Positions 24,990 to 38,838 of a stretch of 64,000 nucleotides of DNA are shown piece by piece (position 1 is the stretch's first letter; every line of letters starts with the position of its first letter). Below the pieces are notes generated by a model. That model was not told the origin of the DNA. It saw only the letters and a program-made list of their open reading frames with translations, and ran no database searches. The stretch is from the NCBI GenBank assembly GCA_965153355.1, contig OZ231126.1, positions 25,978,001-26,042,000 of the forward strand, given 5' to 3'. The DNA is from Flaccisagitta enflata (lineage: Eukaryota). Position numbers and translations under genes: made by a program.

Positions 24990-25520
24990 CTAGTCATCCA
25001 AGGATCGCACATGGTCAGCGGTACCCGATGCCCTGCTAAGAGTGATCAACTGAAGAAGTGGACTGAGAGCAGGGCAGCGGCCCCAAAGGGCCGATGTCCT
25101 GTAGGACACAGGGGTGAATTTCCAGACATCCTGAGAAGGCACATTAAAGGGCTGACCTGCTTGATTTTGAGTCTGACAAGGCTGATTTAGGGTATTAGAG
25201 AGCTAATTTTGGAGCCGGAGAGGGCTGATTTTGGGCTTGAGAGGGCTGATTTTGGGCTTGAGAGGGCTAATTTGGAGCTAATTTTGAGCTGAAAGAGCTG
25301 ATTTTGGGCCTGAGAGGGCTGATTTTGAGTCTGAGAGGGCTGATTTTGGGCCTGAGAGGGCTGATTTTGGGCTTGAGAGGGCTGATTTTGGGCTTGACAG
25401 GGCTGATTTTGGGTCTGAGAGGGCCTCGGGACGTACGTACAGACGTACGGACGACGGACACGGACGTCTGGAAATTCACCCTGTGTCCTACAGGACATCG
25501 GCCCTTTGGGGCCGCTGCCC
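24990..25520 (-). mobile_element. Family B element at the inner breakpoint of the inverted duplication
   Basis: Sub-TIRs at ~25071 and ~25520; 21-bp GAGAGGGCTGATTTTGGGCCT array. Confidence 0.7.
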
Positions 25521-27537
25521 TTGTCGTAGCAAAAGAGAAAAGTTTTTTGGAAAAGGAAAAAAAAAAACCGCCGAAATTTTCATTTGAAATTGAAATTCGA
25601 TGATAAATCACTGCGGCTGTCACGGAAGAGTCCGTGAAACAAAGAAGAAACACACTTCCAACATGTGGAGATTGAATGCGTGTGAGGGAGGGGGAAGAAC
25701 GAATGAGAGAGGAGTGGGTTTCTGGGTGAGCTGAGGGAGGTTAAGGTAGACAAGCTAAACGGAAATTGCAAGTACAGAGCTACAAATGCAGCGTCTTTCT
25801 GAGCAGTCATAGGAAGTTTTATTTCACTTTAGGCCATCATATAACTGACGCAACTGCTATGCATAGATCGCCACTGATGACCACCTTAACGATTCAAGGA
25901 AGTGCAAGAGCGGGTAAAAGCTTAGTAATACGCATACGATCGTGATGATTGGCTCGTGAATTTTTTTCCAAACTAAAAATCATGAGTTGGCAGCATGAGT
26001 TACCAATCTCACTGACTTTGACTTTAAAAGATCTTTCACGAGTAGGATAATAAATTCATGTCGTTGGTTGAATAATTGGAATTCGTTTGCATAATTCAAG
26101 CAAAGAAACATCATGAGACATGTTTCCACTAACAACATAAGAGAGCTTCCATGGTAGAGCACTTCAATATGCAAAATGACGCCCACTTCATCAAGCTCAG
26201 TCAACATCTCGTTGTCAAAGAAAAGTCAAAATGTACGAAAGAGAAAACAATATTAGTCGTGTACTACGCGAATCTACACTCGCTTTGTCCGTCGGTTGGC
26301 TGGTCGGTCGGTCGGTCGGTCACATTTTACTTTTTTGTCCTCACTGCCCATGTCCAAATGCTCTAGTTTGCAGTCATACATTTGAACCCCGCAATAACGG
26401 TTGTCAAGGGACCAACAAGCTTCATCCATTATGCGTGCATTTCCGTCATTGACAACATAACAATTTCAAGTAATAGAAATGAAGGGACCAAATTTTCATA
26501 TTTGTCATGGGCAAGTTTCTGTCATTCTTGGTCCAAGAATCTTGGATCTGTTATAGTCGGGTGTAAATCTAGTATGACATAGTATACTTATGGTATCTAA
26601 AACAACTGCTCATTTGTGTTTTGTATGCAGCAAATTTACAGAATTTTCTGATCTATTCTTTTTTGAATCCTGCTCTAACTGCAACTGGATTCAGTGGTTG
26701 GTGGAATTTAATTATATGAAGTGAATGAAGTGAATGAAGTAATCAAAATCTAGATCTAAAGTATTGTTAGCAAGGCGTGCGTATTTGTAGGTTGTTAGAG
26801 CGAGTTCAGTAGTATCCTAATCAGTTATCATATTTTTACATCTTTATATCTGCCACTCTGTCCCTCTGGCTTAGTCACCCCGCTTGTCCGTGTGTCTGTC
26901 TGGGTTTGTTTGAATGACTTCAATATTTACCCATTTCCCTTCTCACGCAGGTTTGTTTCTCATTTCCTGTTCGCCCTTTTCATTCACCTCATGTACCTCC
27001 TTATCCCCTTCCCTCATCCCCGGCCTCCCTCCCCCCCTTCACGTATCCCTCTCCCCCCCTCCACGTCTCCCTCTCCCCCTCCCCCCTCCCCCCTCACCTC
27101 CCCTTCCTTCCTCTTCGGGCATTGGTAGGAAGTGACTTTGTTCGCTTTCGACTTCGATAAAGCGCCGCTTTTTTTTTCCGGGAAGTAGATTTGTTGTCAT
27201 CATAAAAGGGTTCCATATATCATTGTCAGCGTTTGTTGGCTTCACTCGACTGTCCCGAATGCACGCGCGTGCACGCTCCCTCACTCGACTGTCCCGAATG
27301 CACGCATGTGCACGCTCCCACACCGCGAGCACCCATTTCTCTGTCTGTCTATCAACCTCCATGTCTATTTATCTCTGTCATTTTCTATCTGTCTCTTTGA
27401 CTGTATTTGTGTCAGTTCGTCCGACTGTCTGCCTGCTGTCTTACTGTCTTACTCTTCTTCTTCTTCTTCTTCTTCTTCTTCTTCTTCTTCTTCTTCTTCT
27501 TCTTCTTCTTCTTCTTCTTCTTCTTCTTCTTCTTCGT

Positions 27538-27568
<31 letters not shown>

Positions 27569-27978
27569 TTCTTATTCTTCTTCTTCTTCCCCCTTTTCTC
27601 ACACACCTAATATTCGAAAGCCGAAAGACAGAATGACAAACAGAGGTTGGAAAACAGTCATGGATAGACAATAAAAACAAAAGGGAGATGCGGGATGAAG
27701 AAAAACAAAAACAAAAAACATTCGTTACCTAGCTGAGGAAATCTCCTGAGAGTCATGAGTCGAATGTCAACATCGAATTTGTCCTGATGACTTCGACCCC
27801 AAATGTTACCGAGGAAAAACGGAAGGAGAAGAAACACATAGGACAACAACGACAACAACGACAACGATAACATCAACAACAACAGTGGCAACAACAACAA
27901 AAACAACAACATCATCCACATCCACAACAACAGAAGAAACACAAGAAAAAACATAACAAACAACATCAACAACAACAG

Positions 27979-28081
<103 letters not shown>

Positions 28082-28089
28082 AACATCAA

Positions 28090-28137
<48 letters not shown>

Positions 28138-28148
28138 ACAATAACAAT

Positions 28149-28209
<61 letters not shown>

Positions 28210-28587
28210 GCAACAGCAACAACCAACAACAACAACGACATGCATGATAGACAGACATTCTAAAAAATGACTAAGCTTTTTGGTGCACAAATATAAAAAG
28301 TTAATTCTTTAAGTGAAACTTATTTTAAATATTTCAAGATATCACGTATCCTGCTCCCCAAAGGCTATTCCGCACACAATACTAAAGAGTAGACTTAGAC
28401 ACATCCTTTGAAAAAATCCTATTCTAACGAATTGAAACTTCCTCATCTCCAGGGACACTACAAATAAACATTGCATCTTTTTGAATGCTTCCCGCTACTA
28501 AGTTCAAAAATACGTAAGTGGCTGTAGTTGCCGTTGTTTACGCGAATGTTGTTGTTGTTGTTGTTGATTTTTTTGTTGTTGTTGTTT

Positions 28588-28694
<107 letters not shown>

Positions 28695-28845
28695 GATGAT
28701 GATGTTGTTGTTGTTGTTTTGGATGTCGTTGTCGTTGTTGTTGTCGTCAAGTATTTTGGCAGTTACTTGACTAAATAAAATTGGATGATGATTATCGCGA
28801 AGAGAGAAGGTGGTAAACAAAGTGAATTAAACTGAGGAAAGAAAA

Positions 28846-29044
28846 AACAAGGCCGGATACACGGCTACCCTAGTCGCGTGCGGGTGGGCAGGAGCAGGGC
28901 TGGAGAAGGTCACCAGAGCATTTGGGCAGGAGCAGTAGGCTCAAAAAGCTCAAAACCCCGAAAAAGTAAAAAGGGGACCGACCAACCGACGGACCGACGG
29001 ACCGACATAGCGGGGTGTAGAGTCGCGTAGCACGCGACTAAAAA
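28846..29044 (-). mobile_element. Helentron/DINE-1-like non-autonomous element, family A (reference copy)
   Basis: 5' TTTTTAGTCGCGTGCTACGCGACT, GTCN microsatellite, sub-TIR CACGCGACT, 3' hairpin GCCGTGTATCCGGC then CTTGTT; inserted in a T-run with no TSD (empty site ~22098-22106). Confidence 0.8.
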
Positions 29045-29687
29045 GGAAACGAAAAAAAAAAGAGTGAAAATAAGGAGGAAACACGAGTACAGAAGGAAAA
29101 TAGAAGGAAAAACGCGGGCGGACTTCAAAAATTTTGATTTCTCATAAATTATTCCATATTTTTTTTTTTTTTTTTTTTTTGAATTTTGACGCAGAAGAAA
29201 CTAAAACCTCGTCACGGTTGGGAAGAAGACACTCTTGGCTGTGTGGGTGTGCTCACGGCCTAGGAAGTGCTGTTGACTGCCGGTTGTGTGGGTGTCCTTA
29301 TTGCTGAGAAAATGATATTTATGCTCACAACCAAAATTAGACCAAAAAGTAACAGACTTTTAAGTCCCACCAACATTCTAAATTATTTTCAGTCAGGGGT
29401 GTATATCATTCCGTTTTCCTCTCCCCCGACAGGAAAATAGAGAAAAGCAAAGTGAGGGAAGGAAATCAAAAAACAATCTATAATAAATCCAGGTAATATT
29501 AAAAGGTGATATTCTACTACTACTACCCATATTCATTCTTATGAACCCCAAATCACTATATCAATACTATATGGGGAGGAAAGTCGATGAAATAAACGCG
29601 GAGATATAACATCTGTCTGCTCATCATAGTACTAGGTGTTGCTAGGTAGCGGTGTTTTTTTTATAAAAATCTTCTGTTTCACCCTGC

Positions 29688-30075
29688 TTTTTGGGCAGCG
29701 GGCTCAAAGAGACCGATGACCTATGCTTTCACACACACCATGTAACATAGGGGATATTTTATCTTATTATTCTTTTCCTCCTCCTCTTCTGTATGCCCCC
29801 TCCCCCCCCCCGGCCTTTGAGGCTCAAATCCCAGCCTTTAGGCTCAAATCCCAGTCTGAAGGCTCAAATCCCAGTAGTAAGGCTAAGATCCTAATCAAGA
29901 GGCTGAAATCCCAGCTTTGAGGCTCAAATCCTAGTCACGAGGCTCAGAACCCAGCTTTGAGGCTTTAAACTTACTAAGCATTGGTCAATGGCTCCTTTGG
30001 GGTTGCTGCCCCTTTCACCATCACGTATCAACATACACTCATATAGGGGCAACGGGACCATCTAACGCTTTTGCT
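29688..30075 (+). mobile_element. Family B element; its left-arm mirror (~4270-19506) is split by a MITE and the BEL element
   Basis: Uninterrupted mirror of 4270-5356 plus 19399-19506. Confidence 0.7.
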
Positions 30076-31366
30076 CAGTCCGTTGGGCGCTAATTAGGAG
30101 GTAAAATAGGCACTATTTTTTTTTCTGTCTCGTAAGCGCCCTGGACGCAAATGAGAGGAAATACGGTAAGTTAAAAACGAGCAACCAAATGGGAAGGGAA
30201 TAAGGAAAACGATGTGAAATACTCATCTGATATTCAATATCAGTGATCAACACTCAATATTACCCCTCGCCATTTCCTTGAGTCTTTATGCAGTGCAAAT
30301 AGTTTTTAGGCGGGATAGGTCCCCCGCCGTTCAAAAATGCCCCCAGAAGGTAATCCGGAGGGTTATACTTTTTTGTCTTTCATTTTTTTAAAATCGACTC
30401 ACCAAATGCATTGGATTTGGTTTTATTAATTCTTAACTTTGAGCATGAGATTTGGAAGAATCTTCATCAACGTTTATCAACGCGACGGAATTAAAACAAT
30501 AAAAAAAAATCAAATATTGTCATTCAGTCAATCAGAGATGCAGCGTTAAATTGAGATGTATTTACTAGATTCACAACGACATCATATTGTTCTAAATGCA
30601 GAAAGAAACGTTGTTGCTGCAATATGCAAATTAGCTTTTGACATCACGATTGGAATGTGGGAGGAAGTAACACGCCCCTGATAATAGTTAAACTTTAAGA
30701 GAACTCTGACTATTTGATAAGAACATGATAGACAAGTTGAAAGTTCTCTAGGGAAAAGATATGCTACTCGGAGGGAAAGAAGAACAAGGCTGTATACAAT
30801 ACACTTTCCCCCCCCCCCCGTCACTGATGAGTGGACAGCAGTGAAAAAGCAAAAAAAAAAGAAAAGAAAAAAAACAACGCTAATTTGTTTTGGTTAGGGA
30901 CTGACAGACAGACTGATGGACGGACCGACGGACCGACATTGTAGGTTTGATGGTTGAATGTCCGCGACTAAAAAGCACCCCTGACCAGCAGAAGCGAGGC
31001 ATCTACACTACAGTTGTAGCACTACCGTGACAATGATTAGTTGACAGGTGTTATAAACCATGAGGGTGGCGCCATTATGGGCAATGATTTCAATCTAGTC
31101 CATGGACACAAAAACCTAGACTTTGACTGCGTTCTACATAATAAAAGCTTTGAGCGAAAAAGGGGGTTGCCAAACACCATCCTTAATCTTTTGGGAAATA
31201 AGCTCAAAAGCATTCAGGGACTACAGACAAACTCAGTTGTTACTTTTTGGCAAAGTTCATCTTGCACAGCTAGCAGATACACTAGATACTGAAATTATTG
31301 ATCAATATCTTAAATACATTCTAATCATATGTGCAGGCAGGAAATACCCTGTTTTCAAAAGCGACT

Positions 31367-32746
31367 CACCCATCCCTAGATACCCTCCTAAAGAAAATCA
31401 AAATACCCATTTTTTCTGACTGTATGTTTTCACTCAAGTAACATGTGGGCTACTCGAAAAAATAAAAAACAAAAAAATCCGCTTGAAATTTTTGGATTTT
31501 TTGCTATTTTTAGGCAAAAAAACACTATTTTTTGCATTTTTTTCTCTCTAAATCAGTAGAAAATGTTAGTTATGCCCCTGTGAGCCATGGAATTGGTAGG
31601 CATAGATGAAACACACTAGCTGACATGCATTGTAACTAGTTTGAAGCATTTTTGGTTCATTAACATCTTAAAAATCACAAAAAAAGAGCAAAAAAAGCTA
31701 TTTTTTTGCATTTTTTTTTAAACTTTTAACCAAAACAAAATGTTAGTTGTGCCACTGTGAGACATGGAATTGGTAGGCATAGGTGAAACGCACTAGTTGG
31801 TATGCAAAGCAACTAGTTTGAAGCATTTTTTGTTCGTTATTAGTTAAAAAGTCACCTAAAAACAAAAATAACCATTTTTTTACTTTTAATCTTGAGAAAA
31901 CTTTAAAAATGCTCTTGTAAGTCATAGAATGGGTAAAATAGAATCCAGGGTAAGCATAACAGCATGTGCAATGAGTTTTTGATCAAGTAACTGCTCCAAA
32001 ATCAGCTTGAAAAGAGCAGAAAGGACCCCACTGCCTTCTCATACCAAGATCAGATAAAAAGCAACATTGCATTAGGGTTTTTTTTATATTTTTGTATAGG
32101 ATATGAGCTCTATTTACTGGAACTAATAAAAATGAAACCTTATCAAGAGGGCTCTTTGATATTTTCACAAAAATTGATAGCATTTTTAAAGTTTTTTCAA
32201 AGTTAAAAGTTAAAAAAATGCAAAAAAATAGTTATTTTTGTGACTTTATTGTGACTTTCCAGCTAATAATGAATCAAAAATGCTTCAAACTAGTTGCTTT
32301 GCATACCAGCTAGTGTGTTCCACTTATGCCTATCAATTCCATGTCTCACAGTGGCACAACTAACAATTCTTATTAGTTAAAAGTGAAAAATGTCGTAACA
32401 ATGCAAAAAAATAGTTTTTTTTGCTCTTTTTTTGTGATTTTTTAGATGTTATTTAACCAAAAATGCTTCAAACTAGTTACTATGCATGTCAGCTAATGTG
32501 TTTCATCTATGCCTACCGATTCCATAGCTCACAGGGGCATAACTAACATTATCTAGGGATTTAGAGAGAAAAAAATGCAAAATATGGTGTTTTTTTGCCT
32601 AAAAATGGCAAAAAATCCAAAAATTCTCAAGCGAATTTTTTTGTTTTTTATTTTTCTGAGTAGCCCACATGTTACTTGAGTGAAAACACATAGTCAGAAA
32701 AAATGGGTATTTCGATTTTCTTTAGGAGGGTATCTAGGGATGGGTG
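31367..32746. mobile_element. Chapaev/CMC-like non-autonomous element, CAC...GTG termini, 4-bp TSD (GACT)
   Basis: TSD at 31363-31366 and 32747-32750; TIRs of several hundred bp with internal subrepeats; empty site at ~2763 in the left arm. Confidence 0.8.
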
Positions 32747-34140
32747 GACTGCAACCAGCAAAACCTTTATTGTGCCTAAAGTAATCATATTTGGACATCC
32801 GTTTTGTCGGTTTTGTCGGTTTTGTCCATTTTGTCTAAAAGCAAATAACTTACCATTTATTCATGCAAAATTTCATAGCAGTGGCTGCAGTAGTTTAGCT
32901 TTCACATAGTTTTGAAAAATGGTGAAATTTGATGAATTTTTACTAAAAAGTGGCATCTTTACAGAAATTCGCATTAATAAACTGTTGTTATTTTTGTGAA
33001 AAATTGAGCTGAAATGACCATGTTGGTCATAAATGGATAGTAATTGACCCCTCTTTTGCATCAGTTTTAATTTTTCAAGATTTCCTAAAAAAAGAATTGA
33101 GGCCTTTTATGACATTTGATGGGATTAATTCCTTTTTAAGACTATGAAAAATCAGAGGAAAAAATCAAATTTGCCACATGATATAACATAAATATTACAA
33201 TTTGGATTTTTTTTTTAGATACATAAAAAAAGATCATTATCCATGTTTTAAAAGCAATCTGGCTATTTTCATTTGATAGAGAAACGACATTATTTTAAAG
33301 TAATGGGGTCATTCAATCATATTTTTGAGAAGCCTCTCATGGGGCTTACTACATTTTTACTCAAAGTATGTGGAGGCCAAACTACTGGAGCCACTACTAT
33401 GAAATTTTGCATGAATAAATGGTAGGTCAATGACCTACTAGGTCATGTGCTTCTAGACAAAACCAATCTGAATTTCCAAATGTAAATACTTTGCTTTGGG
33501 CACAATAAAGGTTTTGCTGGTTGCAGTTGCTTTTGAAAACAGGGTAAAGATCAAAAACAGTTCTTCAATTTCAACCCAAACCTATTTTGATATCACTGAG
33601 CAAATGTCGTCAATAGACTTGGAACCCACGCAGAACAACGACTTGGACGGCGACATCGATGGCGGAGGGCGTTTAAACAAACAGTCGACCCTTTCTCCTC
33701 TTTAAAAGAGCCCAATTATCATGAAACCTGTTCTTGGAGGGAGGTCTCAAATTATAAAACCATCGCAGTAATGGACTTGATTCAGCGACTTTTTTTGGTG
33801 GGCCCTCCCGTCATCCGTTCCACCCCAATGAATTCGACGATGAAGGAAAAAAAAAAGAAAGACAAAGCAAGAGAAAAGGGGGAAAAAGAAAGAAAGTAGA
33901 CAGTGTCCTTTCTACTTCTTCTGTTTTTTCCTTCGTCCTATATTTTTTTCCCTTTTTTTTCCTTTTCTCTATTCTATTTTCCTCTTTTCCCCAAATCAAC
34001 GACTGAGACACGCAAAGGAGGGACTCAAACGCCATCTCCATATATACATTCAAGGGAAATATGGGGGAAAACGGGAGACGGAGGCAAAAACAGGGAAACT
34101 AGAAAACCAAAGATCGCATTTGGTCAGCGGTATCTTCATA

Positions 34141-34739
34141 CTACCTAGAGCATAAATATATCGCCAAGCTTTTTAAGCCATAACTCCATCAAAAATGAAA
34201 AAATCATATAAAAATCAGTGAGATTCTTAAACTACATTGAATTTCTGACCAAATGCCACCAATCGCATTTTTCTAGCTCAAGTCGTTTAGAAATGGCAAG
34301 CAAAACAAAAGTGATACCCCTTTTGAAAAATGGTCAAAATATTTCATCTAGTTTTCTGTCAATCTCTGCTTGTAAAAATAAAGTCATTTGTCTGATAGAT
34401 GTGAGTATTTTTAATCTTATTTCTGGACCTCAGGACAATGTTGAAGACTCGTTTTCATTTTCTTGGCTTAATGACACATATTGGTTAGAAATGACAGCAC
34501 AAGGGAACCCACCATATTGACTATGAAATAGTCTAAAATTGCTTTCAAGATGGGGAGAGCTATCATGTATTCATACTTAAAATTTGTCTAAAAATGTACA
34601 GAAAACCCACAATCAGGTAGTGGTTGAGGTCTATGGGAGCAACACTATTAGTTTGGCATAATATGAATATTTTTTGATGAATTCTATATTGATAACACAA
34701 CTAATTCTTATTTTGGCGATATATTTATGCTCTAGATAG
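34141..34739. mobile_element. MITE with TA TSD (CTACCTAGAGCATAAATATATCGCCAA TIR)
   Basis: 27-bp TIR with one mismatch; empty site near 1375. Confidence 0.85.
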
Positions 34740-34909
34740 TAATGATAGGAAGATAAGCGATGGTAGTTGGGTAAAAGTACGATTTTGTAACGCCAGTCAT
34801 TGTCAAATTTTCATGAGTCAATTAGTGTGTTTTGGTAGTACATATTGTCATAGTGAGATTTCCATGAATTAGTCAAAATCATATTCCTCGCAATTTTTGC
34901 CTAAACTTC

Positions 34910-35005
34910 AATCAATTCAATTCAATTTCAAAATGATCTATTTACCCAGACAAATCACACGTAACAAAAAAGCAAAATGAGATAGTCTATAAGGGTACAT
35001 AAAAT
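34910..35005 (-). mobile_element. 96-bp 5'-truncated non-LTR (LINE) 3' end with (TTGAA)n tail, 10-bp TSD
   Basis: CCTAAACTTC at 34900-34909 and 35006-35015; AATCAATTCAATTCAA tail; absent from the left arm (~1205-1220). Confidence 0.65.
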
Positions 35006-35128
35006 CCTAAACTTCGACATATCTTCTTTTCCCAAAACTGAAAGTCTAAACCCTAGTTGAAAGCCAAGGACCAAATTTCCAACCTTGTGGGTAGTGGATT
35101 GAGGGATTTTTAGATGGATGGATACATA

Positions 35129-35891
35129 CAGTACGATGGGAGCAAAGACGACCTAGACTGGAGGATAGATTATAGGTATCTTAGTTTCATTTGATGTATA
35201 AAAAGATTAGGATCTATGCTAATTAAAAGTTGCTTTATTGCTTGAATATATTAGCTTCTCTCATTCTTCAATTTGTGACTTGACATCATCAGGACTTCAT
35301 TTTTCAACGCTTTAACCTAGCCTATCAGATTGGGCTAAAATTTATATATGATTTTGAAAAAAAAAATCAGCTCAATTAGACTATTTTTATAGGTTTCACA
35401 GCTATTTTTCAAATAGAATAATTATGTAAATCTATATCTGGGCAAAACTTAAATCAGGGATAAAACCTCTAAAAATAGTCCAATTGAGCTGATTTTAAGG
35501 TGCGACAAAGCATCTTTATAACTGGCTGTGTCCGTTAGTTTGTTGGTTGGTCGGTTGGTTGGTTGGTTGGTTGGTCGGTTGGTCAGTCGGTTGGTTGGTC
35601 AGTAACATATTCGTTCGACAATCCAAACGTCGCACATATTGGCCTACTTGGCCTTGTTTTTTTCTAAATTTTTTGAAATTTTCTGCCTAATATGATGAGC
35701 TACGTTAGAACATTGAAAAATGAAGTCCTGATGATGTCAAGTCACAAGTTGAAGAATAAGCAAAGTAAATATATTCAAGCAATAAAACAACTTTTAATTA
35801 ACATAGTTCTCAAATTTTTAATAGATCAAATAGAATTAAGATACCTAAAATCTATCCTCCAGTCTAGGTCGTCTTAGATCCCATCGTACTG
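35129..35891. mobile_element. Tc1/mariner-type MITE (CAGTACGATGGG termini, TA TSD) with a nested Helentron-like insert at ~35493-35662
   Basis: Long TIRs; empty site at ~342 in the left arm. Confidence 0.85.
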
Positions 35892-35948
35892 TATCAATAC
35901 GCCTTTGTGCACTGCAAGGCATCAACTCCTTTGGGCCGCTACCTCCCC

Positions 35949-36001
<53 letters not shown>

Positions 36002-37379
36002 AGGAGATGAGCGAAAATGATGAATGTAAAGACAAATAAAAAAAGTTCTAGAGAATGAATGGTCCACGTCTTCATCGTTATTTGGAAAAACACGTCCGGT
36101 TTGTATTGTAAATAGACAGCCAGTAAGACAGTCGGAGACAGAGAGATAGCCAGACAGACAGACAGACGGACAGACAGACACGGGCTCAAATATCCCTCGA
36201 GGAAGTCAAAGTTGGAAGTCATCCTGTCTTTTTCAATTCTAGCAGCAGTCAGTGTCCATGACAATAAAGGGGCATCCTATGAATTATCATTTGATTGTAT
36301 ATAAATATTGATTTGCTTGGATATATAATATCTTTTATTCGTCACAAGCGACAGAGCACACAACACCATATTCTACAAGACTACGAGCTATTTCAAGTGA
36401 AAAAAAAAGACAAGTTGGTATAAAAACACAGTTACTTTGAGTCGGAAACACGTTGAGTGTACAACTTCTGTAAACATTCAAGAGTCGAGTTGCCCAGTGT
36501 TGAAAGTTGCTTCAAAAACTTTCGTGAAGGATTTTCAAAAATTTCGTCATTTTCTATGCCACCAATATAAAAAAAAAAACAACGGTGCGGTGACCTAGAA
36601 TATGACAAAATTGTTTTCATAAAACTATATAGTGCGACCTATCAAATGATTTGAAATATTACCAGAATTATAAATCACGTACATATCCTAAAGATCTAAG
36701 TGAAATATAAAAAAAAGAAACTTTTTAGAGTGTTTCTTTACAAAAAAATTAGAAAAAAACTTTTTTCAAGGGTCAATAGCAATCCTCGTTTATCAAATAT
36801 ATCTTTTTAAACAAGTCTCCACCATTTCGGATTTTCTAAACTCATTTTAGATTAAGGCCCACTGTGCCATGTTAGGCTTGAAAGTTTAAGAGGGAATCCA
36901 CCTGGGCATAGGTATTTTTTCCAAAGAACATCAAAGAAAATAAAGAAAATATTTTTAACAAGGGTTAATCGTTTTTGGGCAGCGGTCTCGAAGGGGCCAA
37001 TGCTTTCACATAGGGAAATTTCTCCTCCTTCTCCTTCTTCTCCTTCGTCTCTGTCCACCCCCTTCGAAGCTGATATCCTAGGCTATGAGTGCTAACGGCC
37101 AATTTTTGAATTAATCATCGTTTGTCAGTTGATTTTGATCGTTAATCATCGTTAATCGTTAATTTTTAGCTTATTTTACAATAATGAAAGCTGACATATA
37201 ATTATTGCCTTCAGTACCAATAATGGAAAGAAAAACAAAAGAAAGATGAAGAAAGGGGTTTTGACGCAATTTTCAAATATCTCATGATGATATGTTTCTT
37301 TGTTGTATTCATTCAGATCCGCTACCCTAAAGAAGAGGTGACACCCTCGTAATATAGGGGTGAAATTCTAATGCTTTCC

Positions 37380-38045
37380 TTTTTGGGCAGCGGCCCCGAA
37401 GGGGACGAAGTCCTGTAGAACACAGGGGGACTTTCGTTCGTTCGTTCGTTCGTGCGTGCGTCCCCCCCTCCCTCAGACCCCTCAGGCCTCAAATCTGGCC
37501 TCTCAGGCCTCAAATCTGGCCTCTCAGGCCTCAAACTAGACCTCTCAGGCCTACAATCTTGCCTCTCAGGCCTCAAATCTAGCCTCTTAGGCCTCAAATT
37601 TGGCCTCTTAGGCCTCAAATTTGGCCTCTCAGGCCTTTTATCTGGCCTCTCAGGCCTCAAATCTGGCCTCTCTAGCCTCAAATCTGGCCTCTTAGGCCTC
37701 AAATCCAACCTCTTCCCTCACATTAGGCCTCTCAAGCCTCAAATCAGCTATCTGATCCTCAAGTCAGTTCTCTATGGCCTTCCAAGCCTTAATCCAGCTC
37801 TTTCAAGCCTCAAGTCAGCCCATTCAAGCCCCCAACTGGCTTTCTGGCCTTACATCAACCCTCTTAGACCTGAATTCAGCCCAAACGGACGGACGAACGA
37901 ACGGACGAACGAAAGTCCCCCTGTGTTCTACAGGACTTCGTCCCCTTCGGGGCCGCTGCCCTGCCTCCCCTCACTCAAATTTACAATCATGCACAGCAGG
38001 GCAACGGGTATCGCTGACCACATATTGCCCTTGGGCGACCTGTTA
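37380..38045 (+). mobile_element. Family B element with a 21-bp minisatellite (CAGGCCTCAAATCTGGCCTCT)
   Basis: Sub-TIR GGGCAGCGGCCCCGAAGGGGACGAAGTCCTGTAGAACACAGGGGGAC; 3' GCCCTTGGGC hairpin. Confidence 0.72.
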
Positions 38046-38222
38046 GGCAGTGGCTCCGGAGGGGCCGATGACCAATAATTCCACATGGGGCAATTTTCTC
38101 CGGTTTCCGTCCGTACATATGTCCCCCCCCCGAGCCTCAAAACAAGCCTCCCAGACTGCATATGAAGCCCTTTTGAACTCAAATCAGGCCTCTCAGACAC
38201 CAAATCAGGCCTCTCAGATCCC

Positions 38223-38838
38223 AAATAGTCGCAAAAGCGTTAGATGGTCAGCGGTACCCGTTGCCCCTAATTGAAGTGTATGAAGGTGTGAGGTGGTGAG
38301 AGGGGCAGCGGCCCCAAAGGAGCCGATGACCTATGCTGTTTTTATTTGAGCCTGGAGGCTGGAATTGGGGCCTTGAAGCGGGGATTTGAGCTCAAAGGCG
38401 GGGATTTGAGCCTCATGGCTGAGATTTGAACCTCGAGACTGAGATTTGAGCCTCAAGATTGGGATTTGAGCCTCAAGGCTGGGATTTGGGCCTTGAGGCT
38501 GGGATTTGGGCATTGAGGCTAGGATTTGGGCCTTGAGGCTGGGATTTGGGCTTTGAGGCTGGGATTTGGGCCCCGAGGCTGAGATTTGGCAAATGAGGCT
38601 GAGATTTGGGCCTCGAGGTTAAGACTTGGGCCTCAAGGCTGGGATTTGGGCCTCAAGGCTTGGATTTGGGCCTTGAGGCTTAGATTTGGGTTTTGAGGCT
38701 AAGATTTAGGCCTCCAGGCTGGAATTTGGGTCTCAAGTCTGAAAGGGGGGGGTACGAAGAAGGAGAAGGAGGAGAAGGAGAAATTTCTCCTGTGTGAAAG
38801 CATAGGTCATCGGCCCCTTCGGGGCCGCTGCCCAAAAA
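38223..38838 (-). mobile_element. Family B element nested in another family B copy (38044-39365)
   Basis: Same architecture; interrupts the host's 21-bp AATCAGGCCTCTCAGACCCCA array. Confidence 0.72.

Noticed and set aside
37322-38078. Heptad-repeat ORFs (LSGLKSG, RPERPDL)
   Set aside because: Translations of a 21-bp minisatellite inside a non-autonomous TE.
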